DNA from: Candidatus Binatia bacterium
GTDB taxonomy: Bacteria > Desulfobacterota > Binatia > UBA1149 > CAITLU01
DNA: 64,000 nucleotides
NCBI GenBank assembly: GCA_036493895.1
Contig: DASXOZ010000070.1
Coordinates: forward strand, 38,868-102,867
Direction of reading: 5' to 3'
Shown: in pieces, positions 38,092-47,768 of the stretch
Layout: each line of letters begins with the position of its first letter
Position numbering within the stretch: position 1 is the first letter of the stretch
Notes under the pieces: model-generated
What the model was told of the DNA's origin: nothing
What the model saw: only the letters and a program-made list of their open reading frames with translations
Databases searched by the model: none
Made by a program: the position numbers and the translations under genes

Positions 38092-40536
38092 TTACGGAGC
38101 CGCTTCCGTATCGCCGCGCCCGAGAAGGCCGGTGCGCCGGCCGGCGGCAAGCACGTCGATGGCATCGACGCGGCGGAGCGCACGATGGATCTCGCGCGAG
38201 AACTCGCGCCGGCGTGCCACCAGCTCCTCGCCGTCGCTGCCTTCGAGCAGGCGCCGGTTGGCCGCCAGGCGAAGCGTGTTCTGGAACAGCACTTTCGAGA
38301 CCGATTCGGCGCGCGTCACGCGGCGCTGGAGCTGGTACTGGCGCCCGAGCGCGAGGCAGCCGGTGACGAATCGGGCCTCCTCGACTTTGGCGCCGGCGGG
38401 CAGCCGCGCGAGCTGGTCGCCGGCAACGCGGTACGCCTCGAGGAACGGCCTCAGCACGCGATGCGAGTTGAACGGCTTGATCGCCAGCAGCAAGCCCTCG
38501 ATCTCCTTTCCTCCGGCGCGGATCCGCTCTTCCCACGCCGGCTCGTGCAGCGCCATCTCGGTGCGCAGCTCGTCGCGGAACGTCGCGCGGTCCGAGAAGA
38601 AGAACTCGAACTTGAGCAGGTCGCGCAGCGCGAGCGCTTCGTTCCAGAACGCCTCGAGACGGTCTCCGTCGGCTTCCATCGCCGCGACCATTGCGACTTC
38701 GGCGATCGAGCCGGTGACGAAGAAATGGATGACGGTGTTGCGGTAGTACGCTGCCGTCAGGAATTCCTCGGGCCGGATCGCGTAGACGGCCTCGGGCCCT
38801 TCGGTGAACACCGAGACGACGCCGTTCTCGACGAGGTGATCGAGCACGCGCTGCACTTCGGACGGCACGCGAAGGTTGACTTCCTCGGTCACCGGAAGAT
38901 TTCGCCGCTGCACGTAGGTGATCAGGTTCGCCAGCGCCGCGGCCGTCTCGTCGGCCGTCACCGCGCGGTCGCCGACCCCGAGAAGCGCCAGCGTGACCAG
39001 GGAGATCGGCGTGATCGGCGTCGCGTTGTTGATGCGCACGCTCAGCTCGAACGCGAGCTTCTGCAGCGGCAGGCCGCCCTCTTCCGGATCGCCGCCCACG
39101 GCGGGCGCCGCCTGCTCGCCGTAGAATTCGCGAAGCGAGACCGGCTCGCCGAAACGGATGTGGATGTCGCCGTAGCGTCGACTCAGGCGGCGGACCACCT
39201 TGAGGAACCACGAGAAGCTCTCTTTTTCCTTTCCTCCACCCTTCTGCTCGGCCACGTACTCGCCGACGTCCTGGATCTGGTCGTAGGCGATCGACACCGG
39301 CAGCAGCACGACGTCCTCGCTCTTTCCGCGTTGCCACGCATCGACGACGTAGGCCAGCAGACCCAAGCGCGGCGGAAGCAGCTTGCCGGAGCGCGACCGG
39401 CCGCCCTCGAGGTACCATTCGAGCGTGAAACGCTTCTCGATGAGGTAGTCGATGTAGTGGTGCAGGACGAACTTGTAGGTCGGATTGTCCTTGAACGTGC
39501 GGCGAATGAAGAACACCCCGGCGCGCCGCATCAGCGGGCCGACCGGGAAGAAGTTCATGTTGATGCCGCCGGCCGTGTGGTTGGGCGGATGGCCGTTCTC
39601 GTGCAGCGCGTACTGCAGCACCAGATGGTCGAGATTCGACTTGTGCGACGGCAGGAACACCACCGGGTAGCGCTGCGCGATGGCGTAGATGCGCTCGAGC
39701 CGCTCGCGGTCGTAGTGGATGTTCTCGCCGTAGCCGCGCCGGTACAGAAGGCGGATCATCCACGCGACGACGTCGATGACGAACGGATCGTGCGTGGCGG
39801 CGATCTCCGCGAGGTAGCGCGCGGCATCCTCGGTGACTTTCGCTTCGGGCTTTCCGAGCTCGCGGGCCAGGCGGGCGATGCCGCCGCGAAACGCGGGCCG
39901 CGACAGGATGTCCTGGGCGACCAGGCGCGGGACCTTGTAGCGCGCCCCGCGAAGGCGACGTTCGCTGCGCTCCAGCGCCAGCGTCGCGCGGCGCACGACG
40001 AACTCGGCCAGCCCCGTCGTTTCGGTCACGTCCTGGCCTCCGCTCTCTCGCCACTTCTCGCGCAGCTCCGAAAGATGCGCAGGCTCGCCGGCAACGATCC
40101 TCGCGCGTTCCGGGTGCCGGGCCGCGGTCCAGCGCTGGCGCAGGGGCCCGGGATCGCGCGGATCGGTCATCGTGACGATGTCGAGCGCGCTCAGGTGGCG
40201 CAGGCCTTCACCGAACTGCGAGAACCACACGACGCGCAGCGGCGCCATCAGCGGATCGCCGCCGGCGGCGATCGCCGACTCCAGGCGCGCCAGCTCTCCG
40301 GTTTTCCGTCGCGAGCGGCGCCGCCGCGACGGAGGAATCGCAACGATCTCGACCGACGATTCGGGCGTTGCCTCCGGGCGGGTGCGCGCGATCCAGCGCT
40401 CGAGCATCTTTCGCTCGAAATTGCTGCAGGCATCGAGCAGGAAGACGACGCGGCCGCCGGTAGCCGGCCAGGCCGGCTCGGCGGCGGCAGCCGGCGGAGC
40501 GGCCGCTTCCCCGATCGTGGTGGAGGACGTCGTCAC
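38092..40536 (-). CDS. Second PlsB-type glycerol-3-phosphate acyltransferase paralog
   Basis: GPAT blocks PSHKSNLDHLVLQY, FFIRRTF and YLEGGRSRSGK. GTG start with an AAAGG RBS. Confidence 0.8.
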   Translation of the reverse strand: MTTSSTTIGEAAAPPAAAAEPAWPATGGRVVFLLDACSNFERKMLERWIARTRPEATPESSVEIVAIPPSRRRRSRRKTGELARLESAIAAGGDPLMAPLRVVWFSQFGEGLRHLSALDIVTMTDPRDPGPLRQRWTAARHPERARIVAGEPAHLSELREKWRESGGQDVTETTGLAEFVVRRATLALERSERRLRGARYKVPRLVAQDILSRPAFRGGIARLARELGKPEAKVTEDAARYLAEIAATHDPFVIDVVAWMIRLLYRRGYGENIHYDRERLERIYAIAQRYPVVFLPSHKSNLDHLVLQYALHENGHPPNHTAGGINMNFFPVGPLMRRAGVFFIRRTFKDNPTYKFVLHHYIDYLIEKRFTLEWYLEGGRSRSGKLLPPRLGLLAYVVDAWQRGKSEDVVLLPVSIAYDQIQDVGEYVAEQKGGGKEKESFSWFLKVVRRLSRRYGDIHIRFGEPVSLREFYGEQAAPAVGGDPEEGGLPLQKLAFELSVRINNATPITPISLVTLALLGVGDRAVTADETAAALANLITYVQRRNLPVTEEVNLRVPSEVQRVLDHLVENGVVSVFTEGPEAVYAIRPEEFLTAAYYRNTVIHFFVTGSIAEVAMVAAMEADGDRLEAFWNEALALRDLLKFEFFFSDRATFRDELRTEMALHEPAWEERIRAGGKEIEGLLLAIKPFNSHRVLRPFLEAYRVAGDQLARLPAGAKVEEARFVTGCLALGRQYQLQRRVTRAESVSKVLFQNTLRLAANRRLLEGSDGEELVARRREFSREIHRALRRVDAIDVLAAGRRTGLLGRGDTEAAP

Positions 40537-40621
40537 GGCCCGCCTTTCTAGAGCAGCCGGCGGGGGCAACGCAACGCGACCTGCCCGCGGCTCGCGTGGA
40601 TGATCCCGCGCGCCGCAGGTT

Positions 40622-42082
40622 GTGCTATGGTTCGCCGCCCCGATGTTGAACCGCGGCATCCTTACCCGGGAGATCGAGAAAGGCAGCGCCGGACCCCAGA
40701 TCGGCGCCTTCTTCGATCTCGACCGGACCCTCATCGCCGGATTCTCGGCCTCCGCGTTCGTGCGCGAATGGCTGACCAGCGGCCGTGCCGCCCCGGCCGA
40801 GATCGCGGCCGCCGCGTCGGCGGCCGCGGCGTTCCAGCTCGGCCAGAAAAATTTCTCCGCGTTCGTCTCCGAGAGCCTCGCGATGGTCCGGGGCCTCACC
40901 GAAAAAGAATGGTCGGACATCGGCGAGAAGCTTTTCGGTGCGTCGATCGCCGCGAGCATTTTTCCGGAATCGCGCGCGCTGGTGGACGCGCACCGCTCCC
41001 GCGGCCACACGCTCGCGGTCATCTCGTCGGCCACGCGCGCGCAGGTCACGCCTGTCGCTCGCGAGCTCGGCATCGAGCACGTGTTCTGCACGGAGCTCGA
41101 AGTGAAGGAAGGAAAGCTCACGGGACAAGTGTTGCGACCCGCGTGCTACGGCCCGGGCAAGGCCGACGCGGCCACGCGATTTGCGGGCGAGCGCGAGATC
41201 GATCTTTCCCAGAGCTATTTCTACACCGACAGCGACGAAGACCTTCCTCTGCTGCTGATCGTCGGCAAGCCGCGGCCGATCAACCCGTCGCGGCGCCTGC
41301 AGTCGATTGCAGCAAAGCGAATCTGGCCCGTGCGAAGCTTCTCGAGCCGCGGCCTGCCGAGCGTGACCGACCTCGTGCGCACTTCGCTGTCGCTCGGCAG
41401 CATGCTGCCGTCGTTCCTGCTCGGGCTTCCGGCAGCGATCCTCGACCGCGACTACCGCCAGGCCGTCAATCTCGCGGCCACGACGTGGGGAGAGCTCGGC
41501 ACCGCGCTGGCCGGCGTGCACGTGACGGTGCAGGGCGAAGAACACCTGTGGTCGAAACGGCCGGCCGTCTTCATCTTCAATCATCAGAGCGGAATCGACC
41601 CGCTGCTCGTCTGCAAGCTGCTGCGCAGGGATTTCGTCGGCATCAGCAAGCAGGAGATCCGCAACGTGCCGGTGCTCGGGCAGCTGTTCGAGATGGCCGG
41701 CACGATCTTCGTCGACCGTTTCAACCACGTCGAGGCGGTCAAGGCGCTGGAGCCGGCGATCGAGGCTCTCGGCCGCGGGCTTTCGATCGCAATTGCGCCC
41801 GAAGGCACTCGCAGTCTCGGCCCCCGGCTGGGTCGCTTCAAGAAAGGTGCGTTCCGCATCGCGATGGCGGCCGGCGTCCCGGTCGTTCCGATCGTGATCC
41901 ACAACGCCGTCGATGCGCTGCCGAAACACGCCATCGTGATCCGTCCTGCCACCGTCGCGGTGACGGTGCTGCCGCCGGTGCCGACGAGCGACTGGACTGC
42001 CGGCGACCTCGACCGCAGAATCGAGGCGATCCGCGACGACTACCGGAAAGTGCTCGAACATGACGCCGGCGCGCTCGACTGA
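40622..42082 (+). CDS. Fusion of an HAD-IB phosphatase domain and a PlsC-type lysophospholipid acyltransferase domain
   Basis: N-terminal HAD motif I FFDLDRTLI. C-terminal LPLAT motifs FNHQSGIDPLL and PEGTRS. Confidence 0.8.
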   Translation: MLWFAAPMLNRGILTREIEKGSAGPQIGAFFDLDRTLIAGFSASAFVREWLTSGRAAPAEIAAAASAAAAFQLGQKNFSAFVSESLAMVRGLTEKEWSDIGEKLFGASIAASIFPESRALVDAHRSRGHTLAVISSATRAQVTPVARELGIEHVFCTELEVKEGKLTGQVLRPACYGPGKADAATRFAGEREIDLSQSYFYTDSDEDLPLLLIVGKPRPINPSRRLQSIAAKRIWPVRSFSSRGLPSVTDLVRTSLSLGSMLPSFLLGLPAAILDRDYRQAVNLAATTWGELGTALAGVHVTVQGEEHLWSKRPAVFIFNHQSGIDPLLVCKLLRRDFVGISKQEIRNVPVLGQLFEMAGTIFVDRFNHVEAVKALEPAIEALGRGLSIAIAPEGTRSLGPRLGRFKKGAFRIAMAAGVPVVPIVIHNAVDALPKHAIVIRPATVAVTVLPPVPTSDWTAGDLDRRIEAIRDDYRKVLEHDAGALD

Positions 42083-42121
42083 GTACGGCTGCGGTGCGCG
42101 GACGTTCGGAAAGGAGACGCC

Positions 42122-42634
42122 ATGAGCCTTCAGCCCGCACGCAACTTCAATCACATCGCGTTCCCGACCGCTGACACCGCGGCGACCTGCCGCTTCTACA
42201 CCGAGGTCCTCGGATTGAAGCTCGTCGGCGCGGTGCGGCCCGACCAGGCCGGCACCACGCGTGAAGTGCACCCGCACATTCACACGTTCTTCGGAACCGG
42301 CAGCGGCGAATGCATCGCGTTCTTCGAGGTCCCGGGTTTTCGTCCCGAGCCGAACAAGGACGGCGCACCGGATTTCACGCGGCACGTCGCCTTCGGCGTC
42401 GACTCGGAAAAGGACATGCTCGACTGGCAGAAGACGCTGCGCGAGCGCGGCGTCGAGGTGAGCCAGGTCATCGACCACGACGGCCTGTGGAAATCGATCT
42501 ACTTCCGCGACCCGAACCACCTGCTGCTCGAGATCACGTTCCAGACCCGCCCTCTCGGTGAGGCCGATGCGATCAAGGCTGCCGGCATGGTCGAGGAATG
42601 GAACCGCACCCACGGCGGGTGGGCGAAGGTCTGA
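42122..42634 (+). CDS. VOC / glyoxalase-bleomycin-resistance family protein
   Basis: Single VOC domain of 170 aa. Confidence 0.65.
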   Translation: MSLQPARNFNHIAFPTADTAATCRFYTEVLGLKLVGAVRPDQAGTTREVHPHIHTFFGTGSGECIAFFEVPGFRPEPNKDGAPDFTRHVAFGVDSEKDMLDWQKTLRERGVEVSQVIDHDGLWKSIYFRDPNHLLLEITFQTRPLGEADAIKAAGMVEEWNRTHGGWAKV

Positions 42635-42698
42635 AGAAGGCCATCGCCCACCCACGGCGCGCGGGCGAAGTCCCGAAGGCCATCGCCCACTTTTGCGG

Positions 42699-43928
42699 TC
42701 ACGCCCGGTCCCTTCCCGGAAGCGTGAAGCTCTTCGTGCGCGCCAGCAGCACGAGCGACGACGCCGCGCATGCGGCACCGATCCCGAACAGCGCCGGGTA
42801 GCCCGCGATCTCGATCACCGGGCCGAGAACGGCCGCTGCGCCCCACGCCCCGAGGTTGAAGGTGCCCGCGAACACCGTCATCAGCCGGCCCCTTTCGCTC
42901 GGGCGCGTATGCTCGAGCGCCAGCGAGTTCAGCGCCGGGAAAAACACCCCGTGCGCGAGGCCGAACACACCTCCGATGGCGACGAGCGACGTCGGACCCT
43001 CGAAGGCCACCCACAGTACGACGAGCGTGTACGGGACCATCGCCGCAACCGCGACGCGGTGGCGGCCGTAGCGGTCGGGCAACCAGCCTGCGAGCAGGCG
43101 CACGGCGCAAGCTGCTGACGCGTAGGCAACGAAGAACGAGCTGACGTTGCGATACCCCGCGCCAAGCGCCGCCGGCTGCAGGAACGTGAACATCGTCGCG
43201 AACGCGATCGCCGTCAGCAGCGTCACGGCGCCGTAGATGCGCGTCGTGCTTCGCTTCCACACCTGGAGCAGCGAGCCGCGGTCGTCATGGAGCACGCGGC
43301 GCGCGCCGTTCGTCTCCAGCACGAGAATCGCCGAAGCGATCGCCAGCAGCGCGGCCAGTACGAACGCAGCAGACCAGCCGACCGCGTGCGCCAGCGGCTC
43401 GTCGACGGCGGGAGCCACCGCGTTCATCACGAGCATGCTGCTCCCCGCGAGCCCGACGGCCTCGCCCAGGCGCTCGGCGGGAGCGAGCTCGGCCACCAGC
43501 GTAGAAAACGTCGCCATCTGCATCGTGAACGCGATTCCCTGCACGAAACGCAGCATGTAGATCGCCGGCCCCATCGCGTGCACCATCGCGAAGCCGAGCG
43601 ACGTCGCGGCCAGCAGCAGCGCGGACGCCGCGAACATGCGCCGGCGCGAAACGCGGTCGATGCAGCTTCCCACCGCGATGCTGGTCAGGACCGACGAAAG
43701 GCCGAATACGCCGGCAACGGCACCGATCTGAGACGGCGTCGCGCCGAATTCGACCGCCAGGTACTTCGGCATCAGATGAAAGCTGGAAAACGCGAAACCG
43801 TAAGCGCTTCCGGCGGCCAGAAGACGCGAAAACGCAGGCGTCCACAGCGAAGAGCCGGCACGCCCGGACACACGGGTATCGAGCGCGGGAGCGCGGATTG
43901 CGGCGGCTAGAGCGCGGGTCTGACGCAT
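42699..43928 (-). CDS. MFS transporter
   Basis: 12-TM MFS pattern. Confidence 0.8.
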   Translation of the reverse strand: MRQTRALAAAIRAPALDTRVSGRAGSSLWTPAFSRLLAAGSAYGFAFSSFHLMPKYLAVEFGATPSQIGAVAGVFGLSSVLTSIAVGSCIDRVSRRRMFAASALLLAATSLGFAMVHAMGPAIYMLRFVQGIAFTMQMATFSTLVAELAPAERLGEAVGLAGSSMLVMNAVAPAVDEPLAHAVGWSAAFVLAALLAIASAILVLETNGARRVLHDDRGSLLQVWKRSTTRIYGAVTLLTAIAFATMFTFLQPAALGAGYRNVSSFFVAYASAACAVRLLAGWLPDRYGRHRVAVAAMVPYTLVVLWVAFEGPTSLVAIGGVFGLAHGVFFPALNSLALEHTRPSERGRLMTVFAGTFNLGAWGAAAVLGPVIEIAGYPALFGIGAACAASSLVLLARTKSFTLPGRDRA

Positions 43929-44197
43929 CGTCTCTCTCCGAACCCGCGCGCTTTCGCGCGCGGTCGCCGCGCCGAAGCCGGACTGAAGAGAGAAAGCGGG
44001 AGGAGGAGGAGACCGCTTTCCCTTCAGCCGGCTTCGGCGAAGGGTTGCGGTCCGTGAGCTCAGTGCCTCAAGCGAACCGCGACAGGCAAGCGCCGAAAGC
44101 GCGATGCCAACGCATGCGCTTGGGCGTTACCGGAAGGTTCGAAATCGAGGCGAGCGGGAACATGGAATGACGTTTGTACGTGGTCACGCGCGCGCCG

Positions 44198-44560
44198 TCA
44201 AGGTTTTCGCGGCGCGTTTTCCACGGAATGCGAAGAGCCGCCCTTTTCCAGCTCCTCGACAACCCACGAGTAGGCAGCAACGGCCGGGGGGAGCCCGATC
44301 GTGCTCGCCGCAAGCGCGACGACGTGCCGGATCTCCGCTCCGCTGCAGCCGGCCGCGCGCGCCTTGCGCACGCTCGAATGCACCGGCCCCGGATGCCCGC
44401 TGCCGATCGCCACAGCGAGCTTGAGAAGGCGCTGCTCGCGCTCGCTGAACGGGCCGCTCTCTTCGGCTTCGCGCATCGCATCCCACGCCTGGCCGAGCTT
44501 GGGGAATTCGCGGACGAAAGCATCGTAGGTCTTCGGGGGCCTGGGACCGGATTCACTCAT
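44198..44560 (-). CDS. Carboxymuconolactone decarboxylase (AhpD-like) family protein
   Basis: CMD-domain sequence. Start at the internal Met (MSESGP). Confidence 0.65.
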   Translation of the reverse strand: MSESGPRPPKTYDAFVREFPKLGQAWDAMREAEESGPFSEREQRLLKLAVAIGSGHPGPVHSSVRKARAAGCSGAEIRHVVALAASTIGLPPAVAAYSWVVEELEKGGSSHSVENAPRKP

Positions 44561-44606
44561 CGCTTTCTCCCTCGTGCGGTCGGCGCGCCTGATTCGCACG
44601 CCCTCT

Positions 44607-45575
44607 TCAGCTCACGACGTTCTGGGGGCGGCCCGCGGCGAACGTGCGAACGTTGGCAACGGTGGTCGCCACCAGCCGCTTTCGCGCCGCCAGCGTGGCC
44701 CACGCGATGTGCGGAGTCACGGTGCAGCGCGGATGCAGCGTCAGCGGGTGACCCGCCGGCGGCGGCTCCTTCGACAGCACGTCCAGCGACGCATGCGCAG
44801 GCCTGCCGCGGTCGAGCGCCGCCACCAGCGCCGCCTCGTCGATGAGGTCGCCGCGTGCGGTGTTGATGAGAATGCTGCCGTCGCGCATCGTCGCCAGCAG
44901 CGATGCATCGACGAAGCGAAAATTCGTCGGCGTCAGCGGGCAATGCAGGCTGACGACGTCGGCGCGCGCGAAGATCTCCTCGACGCTCGCCCACGCAAAT
45001 CCCTCGTAGCTCGCGGCGCGGGTGCGACTCGGGCTGTATGCGAGCACGTTCATTCCGAACGCATGCGCGATCTCGCCCGCCCTCGCGCCGATGCGTCCAT
45101 GGCCGACGATGCCCATCGTCATGCCGGCGAGCTCGACCAGAGGCCGGGTCCAGAACGAGAAATCCTTGCACGCTGCCCACTGCTGCTCCCGAACTGCGCG
45201 CGCGTGCTCGGCAACCGCGCCGACCAGGTCGACAAGCAGCGCGAACACGTGCTGGGCCACCGAGTCGGCAGAGTAGCCGGGCACGTTGCAAACCGTCACA
45301 TCGTGGGCACGCGCTGCATCGAGGTCGACGACGTTGACGCCGGTCGCGAGCACGCTGACGAGGCGAAGCCCCGGGAGCGCCGCGAAAGCCTCGGCATCGA
45401 GCACCGTCTTGTTCGTCAGCACGACGTCGGCGCCACGCGCCCTCTCGATCACGAGGGACGGCGACGTGCGCGCGTGAACCTCGAGCGCGCCGAGTCCGGC
45501 CAGCTCATCGAACGGATTGTCTCCAGGGTCGACGGTCGCGCCGTCGAGCACGACGATGCGGCCGAAGGCGGGCAT
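44607..45575 (-). CDS. D-isomer-specific 2-hydroxyacid dehydrogenase (NAD-binding)
   Basis: GIVGHGRIG Rossmann motif with a catalytic R..E..H arrangement. Confidence 0.8.
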   Translation of the reverse strand: MPAFGRIVVLDGATVDPGDNPFDELAGLGALEVHARTSPSLVIERARGADVVLTNKTVLDAEAFAALPGLRLVSVLATGVNVVDLDAARAHDVTVCNVPGYSADSVAQHVFALLVDLVGAVAEHARAVREQQWAACKDFSFWTRPLVELAGMTMGIVGHGRIGARAGEIAHAFGMNVLAYSPSRTRAASYEGFAWASVEEIFARADVVSLHCPLTPTNFRFVDASLLATMRDGSILINTARGDLIDEAALVAALDRGRPAHASLDVLSKEPPPAGHPLTLHPRCTVTPHIAWATLAARKRLVATTVANVRTFAAGRPQNVVS

Positions 45576-45776
45576 CCCCGGCTCGAGCGAATCCTTCTGG
45601 TTGGAAATACCCACGGCGCGCCCTTTTATGCGGCGAGCGCCGCGGCGCAACAGCAATCGCGGGGCACCTTTGCCGGCGGGGCTGCTTCGCCGGTGGGGCC
45701 GCTTCGCGCCGCTGCTTTTCCGGCGGCCCCGCTTCGCCGCGCCCGAGGGCGGCCGGCGTTTCGGCGCGGACCGGCG

Positions 45777-46460
45777 TCAGGGAACCGAGATCGACCCTTC
45801 GCCGGTCAGGTCGGCAAGCAGCTCAGCGTAAAGGCCGCGCTTGAGCACGCGGCAGGCGTCCCGGTTCTTGCCGGCAAGCGGCCTGAGCCTTTCGACTGCC
45901 GCGGGAAGAACTTCGGCCTCGGCGGCCACCTGGTCGACGATGCCAATGCGCAGGCAATCGTCGGCGCCGAGCCTGCCGCCCGTCAGGACCGTGTCACGGT
46001 AGGCGCGGACACCGATCTTCTCACGGATCAGCGTGCGCATCCCGAGCACCAGCGGCATGCCGAGGTCGAGCTCGGGAAGGCAGAAAAACCCGCGGTCGCT
46101 GCGCATGACGCGCCACTCGTGGGCAAGCGCCAGCATTGCGCCACCGGCAAAGGCATGACCGTTCATCGCGGCGCAGGTCGCGACCGGCAGCGCAATGATG
46201 CGCGCGAAGAGATGCAGCACCGTCGCGATGAACTGCATCGAGACCGAATGTTCCTGCTGGCTCAGCCAATCGAGGTCGAGGCCGTTCGAATAGAACTTTC
46301 CCTCGCCGACCGTGACGAGCGCCGCCGCGCCGCGGCTGTTCTCGACTTCGTCGAGGGCGCGGTTCATCGCCGCGATGAAGCCGGGGTTGAAGCGGTTCTC
46401 GCCGCTCGTCATCCGGAGGACGAAGACGTCGCCGTCGCGGCTCAGGTCGTATTCGGCCAT
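45777..46460 (-). CDS. Enoyl-CoA hydratase/isomerase (crotonase) family protein
   Basis: Crotonase fold. Start at the internal Met (MAEYDL). Confidence 0.7.
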   Translation of the reverse strand: MAEYDLSRDGDVFVLRMTSGENRFNPGFIAAMNRALDEVENSRGAAALVTVGEGKFYSNGLDLDWLSQQEHSVSMQFIATVLHLFARIIALPVATCAAMNGHAFAGGAMLALAHEWRVMRSDRGFFCLPELDLGMPLVLGMRTLIREKIGVRAYRDTVLTGGRLGADDCLRIGIVDQVAAEAEVLPAAVERLRPLAGKNRDACRVLKRGLYAELLADLTGEGSISVP

Positions 46461-46577
46461 GGTTGCCCTCCTGCGGTGCCGGCGAGCGCAAGCCCGCCTC
46501 CGTGCGATGCCGGGCGGATCGAAAGGTTGCGCAGGATCGTGCCGCACCGCAAGGCGCGGCGCGATCCTGCGCAGGAA

Positions 46578-47768
46578 TCAGGCTGCGCGCCGGTACATCG
46601 TGACGACGGCAGCGCCGCCGAGACCGAGGTTGTGCTGCAGCGCGACGTTCGCTCCGGTCACCTGGCGCTTGTCGGCCTGGCCGCGAAGCTGCCAGTTGAG
46701 CTCGGCGCACTGGGCGAGGCCGGTTGCTCCGAGGGGATGGCCCTTCGAGATCAGGCCGCCCGACGGATTGACCACCCACTTTCCGCCGTACGTGACGGCG
46801 CCCGTGTCGATCAGCTCTCCGCCCTTGCCGGGCTCGCACAGGCCGAGGCCCTCGTACGTGATCAGCTCGTTGCACGAGAAGCAGTCGTGCAGCTCGATCA
46901 CCTGCACGTCGTTCGGCGTCAGGCCCGACTGCGCGTAGACCTTCTCGGCGGCCTTCTTCGTCATGTCGGAGCCGACGAGCTTGATGCACGAGTGCTCGTC
47001 GAACGTGGACGGAAGATCGGTCGCCATCGCCATGCCGGCGATCTCGACGGCGGTCTTCTCGAGGCCGTGCTTCTTGACGAAGTCCTCGCTGGCGAGAATC
47101 GCCGCGCCCGCACCGTCGGAAGTCGGGCAGCACTGCAGCTTGGTCAGCGGCCCGTAGACAGTGGGCGACGCGAGGATGTCGGCGAGGGAGTACTCGTCGC
47201 GGAACTGCGAGTAAGGGTTGTTGACCGAGTGCTTGTGGTTCTTCTGGCCGATGCGCGCGAAGGACTCGGCGGTCGTGCCGTACTTCTCCATGTGCTCGAT
47301 GCCGGCATTGCCGAAGAACTGCGGCGCCCCGGGCGCGTTGGCGAAGCCGCGAAGCTGCACCATCTCGCCGAAGTGCTTGTCCATCGGGTTGGTGCGGTCC
47401 TGGAACTTCACGCCGAGGGAACCCTTCTCCATCTTCTCGAAGCCGAGCGCCATCGTGCAGTCGGCAAGGCCGCCCTCGATGAACTGCTTGGCCATGAACA
47501 GCGCCGTCGATCCCGTCGAGCAGTTGTTGTTGACGTTGTAGATGGGCACGCCGGTGATGCCGAGCTCGTAGATCGCGCGCTGTCCGGCAGTCGAATCGCC
47601 GTAGCAGTAACCGACGGCGACCTGCTCGATCTCGTCGAACGAGACGCCGGCGTCCTTCAGCGCGTTGGTGCCCGCTTCCCTGGCCATGTCGGGATAGTCC
47701 CAGGCCTTCGATCCGGGCTTCTCGAACTTGGTCATGCCGACGCCGACGACGAATACTTTCCTGCCCAT
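46578..47768 (-). CDS. SCP2/SCPx-type thiolase; the nucleophilic Cys is retained
   Basis: [13 protein letters not shown] and C-terminal [17 protein letters not shown] motifs. Start at Met 155 ([11 protein letters not shown]). Confidence 0.8.
   Translation of the reverse strand: MGRKVFVVGVGMTKFEKPGSKAWDYPDMAREAGTNALKDAGVSFDEIEQVAVGYCYGDSTAGQRAIYELGITGVPIYNVNNNCSTGSTALFMAKQFIEGGLADCTMALGFEKMEKGSLGVKFQDRTNPMDKHFGEMVQLRGFANAPGAPQFFGNAGIEHMEKYGTTAESFARIGQKNHKHSVNNPYSQFRDEYSLADILASPTVYGPLTKLQCCPTSDGAGAAILASEDFVKKHGLEKTAVEIAGMAMATDLPSTFDEHSCIKLVGSDMTKKAAEKVYAQSGLTPNDVQVIELHDCFSCNELITYEGLGLCEPGKGGELIDTGAVTYGGKWVVNPSGGLISKGHPLGATGLAQCAELNWQLRGQADKRQVTGANVALQHNLGLGGAAVVTMYRRAA

Noticed and set aside
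36488-40551. Overlapping 1188-aa (minus) and 1260-aa (plus) ORFs
   Set aside because: Both are alternative frames across WS/DGAT and PlsB2. The HHxxxDG and HxxxxD/EGGRSRSGK motifs are found only in the 36640..38079 and 38092..40536 frames.
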